60,923 nt of DNA from Patescibacteria group bacterium (GCA_041658665.1 JBAZZR010000004.1:1-60923), one strand, 5' to 3'; counted from the stretch's first letter, positions 31,476-42,619 are shown. The notes: generated by a model from the sequence alone, not told the origin. Made by a program: numbers and translations.

Positions 31476-32735
31476 ATGCGCCACATAATGCACGTCGACA
31501 TGAACGCCTATTTTGCTTCGGTGGAGCAAGCCAGCAATCCCTTTTTACGTGGCAAGCCGATCGCCGTAGGCGGCGGAGTAAGCGGAAAAAGAGGAATTGT
31601 GGCAGCGGCTTCTTACGAGGCCAAAGCTAGAGGCATTAAAACGGCTATGCCCGCCTGGGAAGCCCTTAAACTTTGCCCCGAATTAATTATTGTTCCCGGC
31701 GACATGGATAAATATATTTATACTTCTTGCGAGATCATGGACATACTGAGAGAATTTACTCCACTGGTTGAAGTGTTTTCAATCGATGAAGCTTTTATGG
31801 ACGTAACCAACACCGAACAGCATTTTGGCGGAGTGATCAACATTGCCAAAAGCATTAAACGCAAAATCAGAGAACGCTTTCACCTCACTTGCTCAATTGG
31901 GATTGGTCCTAACAAATTACTCGCCAAACTGGCTGGGGAGCTTAAAAAACCAGACGGGTTGCTGGAAATTTATTTAGAGGATTTTCCTGGAACAATTAAA
32001 GACACTCCCGTTGCCAAATTGTGCGGCGTGGGCAGAAAAATTGAAAAATATTTGGCCGAGCTAAGAATTAATACACTGGGAGATTTAAATAGTTATCCGC
32101 GTGAAAGACTGGTAAAAAGATTTGGCACGGTTTGCGGCGAGCACTTATGGCAAATGGGACAAGGCAAAGACAATTCGCCGGTCGCACCATCAGAGCGTGA
32201 AGTTTTTGCCAAATCAATGGGGCACTCACACACACTTCCAAAAGCTACTCAAGACATTGACGAAGTAAAAGGATATCTTTTGCGCTTATCCGAACAAGTG
32301 GGACGCAGACTGCGCCAAGGCGGCTATCGCGGCAATGTCGTACATACTGCACTAGGTTTTAGTGATCTTAAATTTTGGGGCAAGCAAAAAAAAGTCGCCG
32401 ATTACTTAGACGACGGCTACGAAATATATCAGGTAGCGGAAAAACTCTTACACCCACAAATCACTCCCCACAACCAAACTCACTCCCATCCCCCTCACCC
32501 CACTCCTATTCGCTTTGTAAGCGTCTCCGTCACCAATTTTATCCATAATATCGATCAGATCAGTTTACTCCCCGAAAACGAAGCCCGCAAAAAAGTTTCA
32601 AAAGCAGTGGACACAATCAATGATCGCTATGGTGAATCAACTATTGAACGGGCAGGAATCATGCAGACTGTTTTACACGAAAAAACTGGAATGGTGGCTA
32701 GGAATTTATATTCAAGCCTGCCAAAGCCCATGTAA
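31476..32735 (+). CDS. dinB: Y-family DNA polymerase IV
   Basis: [24 protein letters not shown], clamp-binding QISLL, C-terminal [14 protein letters not shown] motif. Confidence 0.95.
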   Translation: MRHIMHVDMNAYFASVEQASNPFLRGKPIAVGGGVSGKRGIVAAASYEAKARGIKTAMPAWEALKLCPELIIVPGDMDKYIYTSCEIMDILREFTPLVEVFSIDEAFMDVTNTEQHFGGVINIAKSIKRKIRERFHLTCSIGIGPNKLLAKLAGELKKPDGLLEIYLEDFPGTIKDTPVAKLCGVGRKIEKYLAELRINTLGDLNSYPRERLVKRFGTVCGEHLWQMGQGKDNSPVAPSEREVFAKSMGHSHTLPKATQDIDEVKGYLLRLSEQVGRRLRQGGYRGNVVHTALGFSDLKFWGKQKKVADYLDDGYEIYQVAEKLLHPQITPHNQTHSHPPHPTPIRFVSVSVTNFIHNIDQISLLPENEARKKVSKAVDTINDRYGESTIERAGIMQTVLHEKTGMVARNLYSSLPKPM

Positions 32736-33089
32736 ATTACAGTAAGCCCGAGCAGTTATCTGTCTGGGCTTGCAGCAAAAGAAGGCTTCGGGTTTATCGC
32801 CCGGTTTTAAAAATATGCGTTCAGCATTCCCATCCGCCACAACTTCAATCCATTCGATATAATGTTTATCTTCCATCGGATGAGGGATCGCTCCAATTTT
32901 CACCAATACCCCTTTATCGTTTATTTCGATCACCGGAACATGTTTTTCTTTAGAAGCATCAACCGTATTCGCCACTTGCAAGATCATCGGCTTACCACAA
33001 CAAACCAATTCCCCTCCCCCAACGTGCACTACTTCAACCATATTCCCGCAAACCGAACATTTGTAAACTTCCAGTCTATCTTTTACCAT
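32712..33089 (-). CDS. dfx: Desulfoferrodoxin (superoxide reductase)
   Basis: CSVCGN...CCG centre [22 protein letters not shown] centre II. Confidence 0.95.
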   Translation of the reverse strand: MVKDRLEVYKCSVCGNMVEVVHVGGGELVCCGKPMILQVANTVDASKEKHVPVIEINDKGVLVKIGAIPHPMEDKHYIEWIEVVADGNAERIFLKPGDKPEAFFCCKPRQITARAYCNLHGLWQA

Positions 33090-33281
33090 TTTAAATCCTC
33101 CTATTGGGAATGTGGGATTATTCTATCAGATTAACAAGCCAGTAGCCACAGCACAATCTTGTCCTCATCACATTTCTTGCTCTCCCTTGCCCTCTCCTCC
33201 CCTAAAGATCCACACAAGTTATATTCTCGTTATCACGATAATACTAGTGCAAGTCTGTTAATTTGTTTCATGGGAGTAAAG

Positions 33282-36200
33282 ATGTCCAATCGAGACGTAA
33301 ATAAAAGGACCGGCCTAATTGCCTCCCTCATTTGCATTATCATATTTTCTTTTGCTTCGCCCGTTCTTGCCACCTGGCCCATGTTTCGCCATGATGCCCA
33401 AAATAGCGGACAGTTAACCATCCCCACAACGAGCACGCCAAATACCCCCCTAAATAAATATCAAGAAGTGTGGAGCAAGTCGGTAGTCAATGAAATTATT
33501 GGCTTACCAGTATCAGATAATAATAACGATATCTATTACGTGGAAAAAGCCGCCAATTCAGATACCGCAGTCCTTATTAAACGCGATTATAATACCGGAG
33601 AACAACTTTGGGCTAAATCATTTAATTCTCAATCAACTACCAATCTTTTTTCTGCCGGACATGCTCCATTAATATTGGGAGATTGCGTGTATGTAATAGG
33701 AACATCAATTGAAGATTTGAACGATACACAAACCCCCTTTATAAGCCTTTATGCATTTAACATCTCTGATGGGACACAGCAATCATTTAATGCAACCGAT
33801 GGGACTCGAATGACCATCCCGATTGGAATCAATTATGGCGCAACTGGATATGTTGGAGAAGTTGAATTCACACAATACTATTCTCCGCTAATGGGGATCA
33901 CAACCAATCATGGAAAACATACTCTGATAATCCAACAACAATTAACTGCCAGTTTAGGCCAACTGACTTATTCAATCGGCGGACTTACTGCCATCGAGCA
34001 CAACACCACGACTGCCAGTATCGATGGCTGGGGAAAAGTAAGCACCAGTGAATCAGCTCCAATTATTTTTAATAACCAATACGTCATCACGGGAGACAAT
34101 TACGGGTCAATAAAAGTATTTGACTTAGACGGAAACGAGGTAGTTTCCGACCATTCATTCAATTCCAGCATAAAATATTTATTGGCTGATTCTGAAAATA
34201 TTTATGTCTTCTTTGCCGATGGTTACTCCTGTTATAAGTTTTTTACAGAAACCAATGGAATAAGACTGGAATTACAAACACTTGGCAATGGTTCGACAAA
34301 AAATTCATCGGTTTTGCCATCAACCTATCCGACTCTCAATGACAACAAGATAATTTACCAACAATCTATTAGTGTGCCAGGCGGCACAAACATCCTGAAT
34401 ACTTTATCCATGGATACTTCTGCAACCAACAGCTCGATAGCAACAATAAGCTACCGCTCTTCCTATGCACCAAGCGTTGTTGACAATCAACAAAATAGTT
34501 TTGGATCAGTTGATAAAACCATTGGCAGCTATGACCAATCCCTACATGAATTATGTACCCAGGAGATTATTTCCTTTAAGGACAATTCTGACAATATAAA
34601 ATATGTTATCCCCACCAATAACGCCCTAATTTTAAGTGGTTCAAATACAATAGTTAGACTTTCTGGAGCAAGGGATATCAATTTAGCCCCATCGGCTGAA
34701 GCTGGAACAAACCAAACAACAATAGAAGGATCAACCGTTCAATTAGACGGCAGCCAATCAACTGATGCGGAGAGAGACTATCCATTGACTTATCTGTGGA
34801 CGGGTTCAAATGGAATTACCATATCAAACACAACCGCAGAATCCCCCATTTTTGTTGCACCGGAGATATCAGAGATATCGGTTTATTCCTTTACATTACA
34901 AGTAACCGATAGTTACGGGGCAGCTTCTATAGATACCGTGGAGGTTACAGTTATTCCTAGAGCAGAAACACCGCCAGCAACACCAATCCTTGCTAAAGAT
35001 GCCTCCATTACCGTTAATGAAGACTCTTCTGTTGCTATAAATCTTGAAAGCCTAATTACTAATCCTGACGATAGAAAAATAACGATTACAATTGCCCGCA
35101 ATGCTAAGAAAGGTGTCCTCTCACAATCTGAAAATATTGTCACCTACCAGCCCGAAAACAACTATTTTGGTGAAGATTCTTTTTACTACCAAGTTGCTGA
35201 CAATTCACACAATCTATTAACTGCCGAGGTAAGCGTTACAATTATACCGATTAACGATCCGCCTACTACTAAAGATGGGACTGCGTCAACAAACCAAAAC
35301 ACTCCTGTGACAATCGCTCTAAATAGTGATGATGTAGATTCTACGGTGCTATCCTACTCAATCAGCGAACAGCCCCTACATGGCACCTTGATCCTGGGAA
35401 CGAACGAAGCCATTTATACGCCCAATACGGACTACTCTGGTTCGGATAATTTTTCCTATTATGCAACCGACGGCAGTCAAACCAATGGAACTTCATTCCC
35501 AGCCATCGTTTCTATCTCTGTCTGTGCAGTTGATGATGAAAATCCAATTGCTAGCTTATCGGTTTATGGGAACCAAACAAACGGCTGGTATACCGGAACA
35601 GCCGCAGTGTTAATTGAAGCCGAAGATGATACGGCTATTGCTGAAATCAATTATTCAATCGATGGTTCCCCAGTAAAGGTGGCAGGCAATGGAAATACAT
35701 TCTTACAAACTGCCTTTAATCTATCTTCCAATGGCAATCACACCATCCTCTACCAGGCTATCGATAATGCCGGTAATTGCAGCATCAATTATTCTGCCAA
35801 TCTGCAAATCGATGCCGCCGCTCCTACCATTGATAACATTCAAATGACGGCCACTGCCAGCACACTTTCTATCACCAATGGTGAAACGGTTGATTCGGGC
35901 ATTCTGGCCAGTGAAATCCAAAACATCAGCGCCCGGATTTATGATAATGAGGGAGGATCCGGGATTGTTCCTGCAAACCTAGAAGTAAAAATTAACGGGA
36001 GTATAATTAATTCAAACAAAATCAACTGCTCAGCTTCTCCCACAACCCAAGGCGTAGCAGCCTATACTGTCAGCTGCTCAAGTGCCGACCAACTACTAAC
36101 TGGAAATAACCAAATTGAGATTGAAGCCACTGATCTGGCAGGCAATAAAACCAACCAATCGTTTACCCTAAAAACCGCTAGCTTAATCTCCAGCGGTTAT

Positions 36201-36479
36201 TGCTATCCTAATCCTTGGGATCCAAATACAACTAGCCTTAAGTTTGCTTTCTCGGTTAGCCAAACCACCCAAGCCAAAATCTATATCATTGATGAAGCCT
36301 ATCAACCAGTTAAAACTATTAATCGCGAAGTATCAGCCGGCAATGTTTTAGTTGAGTGGGATGGGATTAACGATTTTGGTTCCCTCGTCAACAATGGACT
36401 TTATCTTTATCGGGTGATTGATGCAGCAAACCAGCAAACCATTGTAAAAGGTAAATTAGTCGTCATAAGGAGCAGATAA
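33282..36479 (+). CDS. Large surface protein: PQQ-like propeller, PKD and cadherin-like Ig repeats, C-terminal FlgD/T9SS-CTD-like domain
   Basis: GGGAG RBS before ATG 33282, WPMFRHDAQNSG, LDGSQSTD..LTYLW, VNEDS/NDPP repeats, CYPNPWDP...WDGINDFG..VNNGLYLY. Confidence 0.8.
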   Translation: MSNRDVNKRTGLIASLICIIIFSFASPVLATWPMFRHDAQNSGQLTIPTTSTPNTPLNKYQEVWSKSVVNEIIGLPVSDNNNDIYYVEKAANSDTAVLIKRDYNTGEQLWAKSFNSQSTTNLFSAGHAPLILGDCVYVIGTSIEDLNDTQTPFISLYAFNISDGTQQSFNATDGTRMTIPIGINYGATGYVGEVEFTQYYSPLMGITTNHGKHTLIIQQQLTASLGQLTYSIGGLTAIEHNTTTASIDGWGKVSTSESAPIIFNNQYVITGDNYGSIKVFDLDGNEVVSDHSFNSSIKYLLADSENIYVFFADGYSCYKFFTETNGIRLELQTLGNGSTKNSSVLPSTYPTLNDNKIIYQQSISVPGGTNILNTLSMDTSATNSSIATISYRSSYAPSVVDNQQNSFGSVDKTIGSYDQSLHELCTQEIISFKDNSDNIKYVIPTNNALILSGSNTIVRLSGARDINLAPSAEAGTNQTTIEGSTVQLDGSQSTDAERDYPLTYLWTGSNGITISNTTAESPIFVAPEISEISVYSFTLQVTDSYGAASIDTVEVTVIPRAETPPATPILAKDASITVNEDSSVAINLESLITNPDDRKITITIARNAKKGVLSQSENIVTYQPENNYFGEDSFYYQVADNSHNLLTAEVSVTIIPINDPPTTKDGTASTNQNTPVTIALNSDDVDSTVLSYSISEQPLHGTLILGTNEAIYTPNTDYSGSDNFSYYATDGSQTNGTSFPAIVSISVCAVDDENPIASLSVYGNQTNGWYTGTAAVLIEAEDDTAIAEINYSIDGSPVKVAGNGNTFLQTAFNLSSNGNHTILYQAIDNAGNCSINYSANLQIDAAAPTIDNIQMTATASTLSITNGETVDSGILASEIQNISARIYDNEGGSGIVPANLEVKINGSIINSNKINCSASPTTQGVAAYTVSCSSADQLLTGNNQIEIEATDLAGNKTNQSFTLKTASLISSGYCYPNPWDPNTTSLKFAFSVSQTTQAKIYIIDEAYQPVKTINREVSAGNVLVEWDGINDFGSLVNNGLYLYRVIDAANQQTIVKGKLVVIRSR

Positions 36480-36482
36480 TAA

Positions 36483-38390
36483 ATGAGAACTAAAATACTT
36501 TTCATATTAACCTTATTGGTTTGTCTAAACTTATCTGCTTTAGCCTTGGTTGATCCAACTACGGTCGGAGTAGGCGCTAAAGCTCTCAGTCTAGGGAGAG
36601 CTTACGTTGGCTACACCGATGATGGAGATACTATCTTCACTAATCCGGCTGGCCTGGGAAGAATTGATACACTGAAATTAACCAGCATGCAAACTCAGCA
36701 AAGCAGTGATCTTAATTATTTGGTCTTAGGTGGAGTCTACCCGATCAGTGAGGGCCAAGCCATTGGTATCGGGTATGCCAGCTTAGGAACGGGCGGTATT
36801 GACCTAAGAGATGATAATGGAACATCCCTCGGAAGCGGGAATTATTCAAATTCGGTTTATCTCCTCTCATATGGGATAAATGCTAAAAGAATTCTTCCTT
36901 TTGCCTCAGATAAACTCTCTTTAGGAACCAACCTGAAATACTTTAGCTATGTATTAAATGGTTCTGCCCAGATGGAGCAAGGTAGTGGCAGCGGCATGGA
37001 CATGGATGCCAGCTTAGTCTACGAAGCAAAACCTTGGTTAACTTTAGGTTATACCCAGCAGAATTGCCTTCCTTCCAGCCTTGGCGGAAAAATTTCTTTT
37101 GCCAATGGCTACGAAGAAGGTTTAGCTACAGTTACTAAATTAGGAGGTAAAATTCAAATCTTGGGGGATAAGGATGAATCCATTCAATCATCTCCATATA
37201 AATTATCTCTCGGGCTGGAATCTGATTTTTATCCTACCCAAAATAAAGCCGCCACCATGCACGTGGGCAGTGAATTTTGGCCCAGTGAGGTATTGGCTTT
37301 GCGTGTGGGCATGGACCAAAACTCCTCATCGGATAACACGATGGTAACCAACCTTTCCGCCGGTGTTGGCTTGCGCTATGCTGGTTTTGAATTTGCTTAT
37401 GCGTATCATCCCTATTCTGAATTTTCCGATGACACCGCTCATTACATATCAATCTCCTATGTTGGCATTAACAAATCAGACTATAGTATTGTCATAAAAT
37501 CTCCATCTGATAAATTAATCACCAAAGATCATGCCACAAAAGTTGAAGGCATAATTATTGGAAAAGTTGGCAATCTTCAATCAGTAAATATTAATGGAAA
37601 TATTGTTACATTAAAAACAGACAATTCATTTTCAACCAATCTACCTCTTATCTCCGGCAAAAACTCAATTAGAGTCCAAGCTTCCAAGCCAGATGGCACC
37701 AAAGATGAAAAAGTCGTTCGGGTCTTGCGCATCCAGGAATTCGCCGACGTTAATGAAAAGACTTTGGCTGCAAAAGAAATTGAATATCTTGGCACTTTGG
37801 GTTTGGCTGAAGGATACAAAGACAGCACTTTTAAACCGGACACCATTCTTAGTCGCGCTGAATTAACCACTTTCCTAGTTCGATCTACTGGCTTAAAAAC
37901 CCCTACTGTTTATGGAAATATTTTTAAAGATGTGCCTGAACGCCACTGGGCTAATAGTTATTTAAAGCTGGCAAAAAGATATGAACTGGTGGAGGGTTAT
38001 CCTGATCGAACCTTTAAACCGTCATTATCTATCAACCGGACTGAAGCCGCCGTCATCATAACCCGGTTTGACAATGAAATTGCTGTTCCTTCACGGGTTA
38101 CTACCGCCCCTTACTCTGATATTAAAACTTCTAACTGGGCAGCGGGAGCTATCTCCAAAGCTAAAGAAGCAGGGATGCTTAAGTTTGCCAATGATAACAT
38201 CTTAAATGGTAAAAAGGGAGTTAATCGCGCCCAGTTTGTGTTTATGCTTTCAAAAACATGCATCGGACAGCAACTAATTGCTAATCTACTAGATTTTAAT
38301 ACTGGCTATGATAAGCCAGAAATCCCTATTGTTTATATACCTAATAAAACCAAACAAGCTTCAATTCAACGTTTAATAAATAATTATTAA
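36483..38390 (+). CDS. PorV-like beta-barrel fused to an Ig domain and three SLH domains
   Basis: GVGAKALSLGRAY...IFTNPAGL, AYAYHPY, then SLH repeats (FADV...GYKDSTFKPD..LSRAE, FKDVPERHWA...GYPDRTFKP, YSDIKTSNWA). Confidence 0.85.
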   Translation: MRTKILFILTLLVCLNLSALALVDPTTVGVGAKALSLGRAYVGYTDDGDTIFTNPAGLGRIDTLKLTSMQTQQSSDLNYLVLGGVYPISEGQAIGIGYASLGTGGIDLRDDNGTSLGSGNYSNSVYLLSYGINAKRILPFASDKLSLGTNLKYFSYVLNGSAQMEQGSGSGMDMDASLVYEAKPWLTLGYTQQNCLPSSLGGKISFANGYEEGLATVTKLGGKIQILGDKDESIQSSPYKLSLGLESDFYPTQNKAATMHVGSEFWPSEVLALRVGMDQNSSSDNTMVTNLSAGVGLRYAGFEFAYAYHPYSEFSDDTAHYISISYVGINKSDYSIVIKSPSDKLITKDHATKVEGIIIGKVGNLQSVNINGNIVTLKTDNSFSTNLPLISGKNSIRVQASKPDGTKDEKVVRVLRIQEFADVNEKTLAAKEIEYLGTLGLAEGYKDSTFKPDTILSRAELTTFLVRSTGLKTPTVYGNIFKDVPERHWANSYLKLAKRYELVEGYPDRTFKPSLSINRTEAAVIITRFDNEIAVPSRVTTAPYSDIKTSNWAAGAISKAKEAGMLKFANDNILNGKKGVNRAQFVFMLSKTCIGQQLIANLLDFNTGYDKPEIPIVYIPNKTKQASIQRLINNY

Positions 38391-38398
38391 AATGGAGT

Positions 38399-40786
38399 TC
38401 ATCGCATTACTGTAATATAACCCTTAGCAATTCTTTCTGATCCTGCAATAAGCTGAACAACATACACCCCATTCCCAACACAATTACCGCTAGGGTTTTT
38501 CCCATCCCAATTAATTTCGTTATACCCAATCCTGCCACCATTACTTCCGGCAGCATATTGGTTATTAAAAACAATTGTTCCACTGCTGCTAAAAATAACC
38601 AAGCGGGTTGCTTGATCGGCCGTTAATCTATAGGCCATTCTAAGTGGATTGGTTCTATTCCAGACCACCGGATTAACCACAATTTGACCACCGGGCAGTA
38701 AAATCGCTCGGGTAGTTGTGGTGGTACTAGTTGTCGTGGTTGTTATGGTTGAGGTATTAGTAGTTGTTGTTGCTGTGGTGGTGGTGGCAGTTGTAGTAGT
38801 TGTTGTCGTTGTGGTGGTCGAATAAGACAATTCTGCATTCGATAATCCGCCATAATACCCCATATTAATACGGCTTCCATTGGGATCGGGTTCCATTGAC
38901 CAATCATCTGATGGATTTCCAGCATCGATACAGGGTGACTGATTAGCTTGCCCCTCCGGTATCGATTGTAAGCGCCAGAGCCCCCCAGTTGAACTTACAT
39001 AATAAGGATCAATGACCACATTGCCAGCCCCTTCAGCTGATATGGGGATATTATAATTGTTAGTATTCCCATACGCATCATTATATTGGCAAAGGGAATA
39101 AATATCTGATAAACCAATTTTTATTCCTACCCCAGAATTTGTTGTTATGTTGTTTTTGACTAAAAGCGGAAAAACATTCTCTTCTTTTTCAATGCAATAT
39201 TGAGTTATCTGGTCAATTGTATTATTGCTAATAACCGCCGCCGTGGTGGTTTGTGTAGTGGAAGGCAATAAACTGATCCCGTTTGTGCAACGGGCTATTA
39301 AATTATTGTTAATTCTCAGGTTGGTTGTTATACCGGGATTCGGAAGTTCCACGATAACAGCATTATCCAAATTAGCCACCTGCCCAACATTCCCAATAAT
39401 ATTGTTATTTTGGCAGTGTGCACAAAGGACAGCGGTATCACCTGGACAGCTAATTCTTATTGCAGCCTGGGCAGAGCTATTCTCTTTTAGCTTTATGGTA
39501 AAACCCTCAACCGTTACTGGCTGCCTGCTGTACATATAGACAATGGATCCCAAATCCGAGCCATCAGCTAAACTGGCTTCAATTGTTGCGCTCTCCCCTT
39601 CACCCGAAAGGAGAATGCCAGTTGCAATAGTTAGAGGGAAAGTTTCTCCATTTACTACCCGGTCATAGGTACCACCCGAAACAAAAACTGAGTCGCCGGT
39701 ACTAACTTTTGTTAGGGCATAAGTAATAGTTTTCCATGGATAACTAGGATGCAGGCCAATATTGGTATTATTCCCGTTTTCGGCACTCACATAATAAGTT
39801 TTAGGCCCCGGGTAACTCAACTCAGCCGAAGTTTTATTTCCATTCCAACCCATATTTATTCTGCTCCCATTGGGGGATGGTTCTTGACTATAAATTGAGG
39901 TGGGGTCTCCCCCATCAATTGCATAGGAATGATTGGCATATCCTTCAGTCTTAGACTGCAGACGAAAGCCATCAAAATCAACAAAACTCGGATCAAGCGT
40001 AAATTCGCCAGTACTTTCGGGAGTAGTATTACTATCTACATTGGCATAATAATTATTATATGTATGCAGACAATCTCCAACGAAATCATTTTCAAGGAGA
40101 AGAGCTTGTTGATTATACGCCAGGATTGAATTCATAATGATCCCCGTCGAGGATAGCCTAAGGGAGATCCCGGTCCCTTCATTACTGGCTATCGTACAAT
40201 TTACTACTTCAAAACTGCAATTATCAGTATAAGACATTCCGTTACCAAGACAATTTACAATACAAGCATTCCTTATTTTTAGCCAAGCGTATGCTTCTAA
40301 AAAAACACCAATTCTAGCCGTTTTTTGTCCATCGATGTACACATTGCTGACAATAGCCGGAGATGATGGGCGAGTAAGGGCAAAATATCCTATGGCGCTG
40401 GATCCAGTTAATGCTCCCACTCCGTCAATCCTCAAGTTTTCTATTCTTACCCCTCCAGAGCTTATTTTTATGGCAATTTGTGCGACTGATGGATCGGAAC
40501 GAATAATAGAAGCAGAAGCCCCAAGCAAGCCAGACCCTTCCAAAGTCACAGGAAGATTCATATCCAAAGGAAAAGTTTCTCCAGAGGCCATACTATAGGT
40601 TCCACTAGCCAGATGAATCGTATCTCCCCCAGCTACAGAAGATAAGGCAAAAGTAATGGTTTTCCAAGGGTTATCAGAAGATAGACCAGTGTTGGTATTA
40701 TTACCAGAATTGCTAACATAATAAGTGGTGGCATAGACAGAACTAGTAAAGAAGAACAGGCAAAATATTACGAATATCTTACGCAT
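38399..40786 (-). CDS. Secreted tandem beta-helix (DUF1565-like) protein with poly-Thr linker and CTD-like C-terminus
   Basis: Two copies of YYVS..G.N.N.GL....PWKTIT.AL and of D.G.P....EP.PNGSRINMG. Ends WDGKNPSG..VGNGVYVVQL. Confidence 0.8.
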   Translation of the reverse strand: MRKIFVIFCLFFFTSSVYATTYYVSNSGNNTNTGLSSDNPWKTITFALSSVAGGDTIHLASGTYSMASGETFPLDMNLPVTLEGSGLLGASASIIRSDPSVAQIAIKISSGGVRIENLRIDGVGALTGSSAIGYFALTRPSSPAIVSNVYIDGQKTARIGVFLEAYAWLKIRNACIVNCLGNGMSYTDNCSFEVVNCTIASNEGTGISLRLSSTGIIMNSILAYNQQALLLENDFVGDCLHTYNNYYANVDSNTTPESTGEFTLDPSFVDFDGFRLQSKTEGYANHSYAIDGGDPTSIYSQEPSPNGSRINMGWNGNKTSAELSYPGPKTYYVSAENGNNTNIGLHPSYPWKTITYALTKVSTGDSVFVSGGTYDRVVNGETFPLTIATGILLSGEGESATIEASLADGSDLGSIVYMYSRQPVTVEGFTIKLKENSSAQAAIRISCPGDTAVLCAHCQNNNIIGNVGQVANLDNAVIVELPNPGITTNLRINNNLIARCTNGISLLPSTTQTTTAAVISNNTIDQITQYCIEKEENVFPLLVKNNITTNSGVGIKIGLSDIYSLCQYNDAYGNTNNYNIPISAEGAGNVVIDPYYVSSTGGLWRLQSIPEGQANQSPCIDAGNPSDDWSMEPDPNGSRINMGYYGGLSNAELSYSTTTTTTTTTTATTTTATTTTNTSTITTTTTSTTTTTRAILLPGGQIVVNPVVWNRTNPLRMAYRLTADQATRLVIFSSSGTIVFNNQYAAGSNGGRIGYNEINWDGKNPSGNCVGNGVYVVQLIAGSERIAKGYITVMR

Positions 40787-40849
40787 TTTATCCCAGAATT
40801 ATAGCATGTAAATAACAACAAGAGACACATATGCTAGAATAAATATGGA

Positions 40850-41269
40850 ATGATAAATATTCGACTATTTACGCCCAAAGATCTTCCTGCAATAAAAAAA
40901 GTGCTTGCTGAAGCTGATCTATCATATCCAAACATTGAATATCGAGATTTTTGGGTAGCAGAACAGGACAATCAAATTGTTGGTGTCCTTCAGCTGGAAA
41001 ATAAAATTAATTATTCATTTTTAAGCTCTTTGGGAGTATTCACACAAAACCAGAACCAGGGGATTGCTTCAAAAATGCTACAAAACTTAATGGATAATGC
41101 TTCCAAAGATGTTTACTTATATACTATCATCCCCCGCTTCTTTGAAAAGCACGGCTTCAAAATTGCCCTTCCCCCACCATTTATCCCTCCTCGCTCAAGG
41201 TTTGACTGCATGAATTGCGAAAGAGAAAAATGCGTTTGCATGGTAAAAAAAGCAAAGGACAAGTTATGA
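40850..41269 (+). CDS. GNAT N-acetyltransferase (ArgA/ArsN-like)
   Basis: QNQGIAS acetyl-CoA motif, YLYT...FFEKHGF, Cys-rich tail. Confidence 0.8.
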   Translation: MINIRLFTPKDLPAIKKVLAEADLSYPNIEYRDFWVAEQDNQIVGVLQLENKINYSFLSSLGVFTQNQNQGIASKMLQNLMDNASKDVYLYTIIPRFFEKHGFKIALPPPFIPPRSRFDCMNCEREKCVCMVKKAKDKL

Positions 41270-42150
41270 TTCCAATTTACCCTCAATTTAAAGATATTTC
41301 TATTGATGATTTTCAGGACATTGCTAAAAAACTTGCACCTTATCATCCAACCATTTGCGAACTGAACCCAGCCAACCTAATCATCTGGCAAGAATTTGAT
41401 CAACCTAAAATAACGATGATCAATAACAATCTTTGCATCTTAATTTGCGCAATAAATGACGATTGTTTCTTTCTAGAGCCTATTGGGAAAAATGAAACCA
41501 TGGCTACCATTGACACTTGCCTTAAGCATTGTCATAAAATGTCCCGCCTATCAGAACAATTTGTCAGCCAACTACCAGCGGATAAATACAAATTAAAGGA
41601 ACTATCCGACCAAAATGATTACACTTATAAAGTAAAAGATTTAGCCGAGCTAAAAGGTAGAAACTTTGATGGCAAAAGGAATCATATTAACAGTTTTAAA
41701 AAAAGACATCCAAACTATGAATACGCAAATCTACTAAAAAGCGATCAACAGGCAGCCTATACCTTATTTGATCAATGGTTTGGTCCCAAAAAAGAAACCA
41801 TACTTGTTCCACAAGTTGCATATTCTGCCCAAAAAAGCGCTCTTTTAAATGCATTTAAATACTTCTCAGAACTAAAACTATCAGGAGCAAAGATAACCAT
41901 TGAGGAAAAACCAATCGGCTTTATTCTTGGCAGCCAACTCAACCAAAACACCTTTAACGCCCACTTTCAATATTCTGATCCGGAATACAAAGGCACATCT
42001 CAAGTGTTATTGTGGGAAGCCTGCAATAAAACGATCGGACATTATGAAAGGGTAAATCTAGAGCAGGATTTAGGAATAGCTGGTCTTAGAAAAGCAAAAT
42101 TATCCTATTATCCTGATAAGATTGAAAAGAAGTTTGAGATAATTTTATGA
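41266..42150 (+). CDS. DUF2156 / aminoacyl-tRNA-dependent transferase domain protein
   Basis: LAELKGRNFDGKRNHINSF, VNLEQDLGIAGLRKAKLSYYP. ATGA overlap with the GNAT gene. Confidence 0.88.
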   Translation: MIPIYPQFKDISIDDFQDIAKKLAPYHPTICELNPANLIIWQEFDQPKITMINNNLCILICAINDDCFFLEPIGKNETMATIDTCLKHCHKMSRLSEQFVSQLPADKYKLKELSDQNDYTYKVKDLAELKGRNFDGKRNHINSFKKRHPNYEYANLLKSDQQAAYTLFDQWFGPKKETILVPQVAYSAQKSALLNAFKYFSELKLSGAKITIEEKPIGFILGSQLNQNTFNAHFQYSDPEYKGTSQVLLWEACNKTIGHYERVNLEQDLGIAGLRKAKLSYYPDKIEKKFEIIL

Positions 42151-42151
42151 T

Positions 42152-42172
42152 GCCACCCCTGAGAGGGGTGGC
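42152..42172. terminator. GC-rich hairpin between convergent genes
   Basis: GCCACCCCT-GAG-AGGGGTGGC perfect 9-bp stem. Confidence 0.65.
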
Positions 42173-42188
42173 TACGCGGTGAGATTTG

Positions 42189-42617
42189 TTATGCGTGGTC
42201 CTCGTGTTCGCTACGCGGTTGCCAGCCAGGAAGGCCTTTGCCGGTTTTTTTCTTCAAATAATCATCAATCGCACTTTTGAGAGCATCTTCGCCTAAAACC
42301 GAACAGTGCCTTTTAACCGGAGGAAGCCCTCCCAGTGCATCAATCACATCTTGATTGGTAATTTTTAAAGCCTCTTCAATCGTTTTACCTTTAACCAGTT
42401 CTGTGACGATTGAACTGCTGGCAATAGCCGCTCCACAACCAAAAGTTTTAAATTTAACATCCGTCAGGATATTATTTTCAACTTTAATTTGCATCTCCAT
42501 AATATCACCACAGGTAGGATTGCCAACTCGCCCTACTCCATCCGGGTTTTCAATATCACCCACATTGCGCGGATGACGAAAATGTTCCATCACAACTTCA
42601 TTATAAACCGAAGCCAT
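42189..42617 (-). CDS. iscU: Fe-S cluster scaffold IscU/NifU
   Basis: HFRHPRNVG, GNPTCGD, FGCGAAIASSS, KRHCSVL. Confidence 0.95.
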   Translation of the reverse strand: MASVYNEVVMEHFRHPRNVGDIENPDGVGRVGNPTCGDIMEMQIKVENNILTDVKFKTFGCGAAIASSSIVTELVKGKTIEEALKITNQDVIDALGGLPPVKRHCSVLGEDALKSAIDDYLKKKTGKGLPGWQPRSEHEDHA

Positions 42618-42619
42618 AC

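Noticed and set aside
33159..33281. Upstream-extended starts in the ORF track (also 7605, 23306, 27101, 41215, 59463)
   Set aside because: Downstream ATGs fit better, having an RBS or translational coupling and/or giving proper signal peptides or family N-termini.
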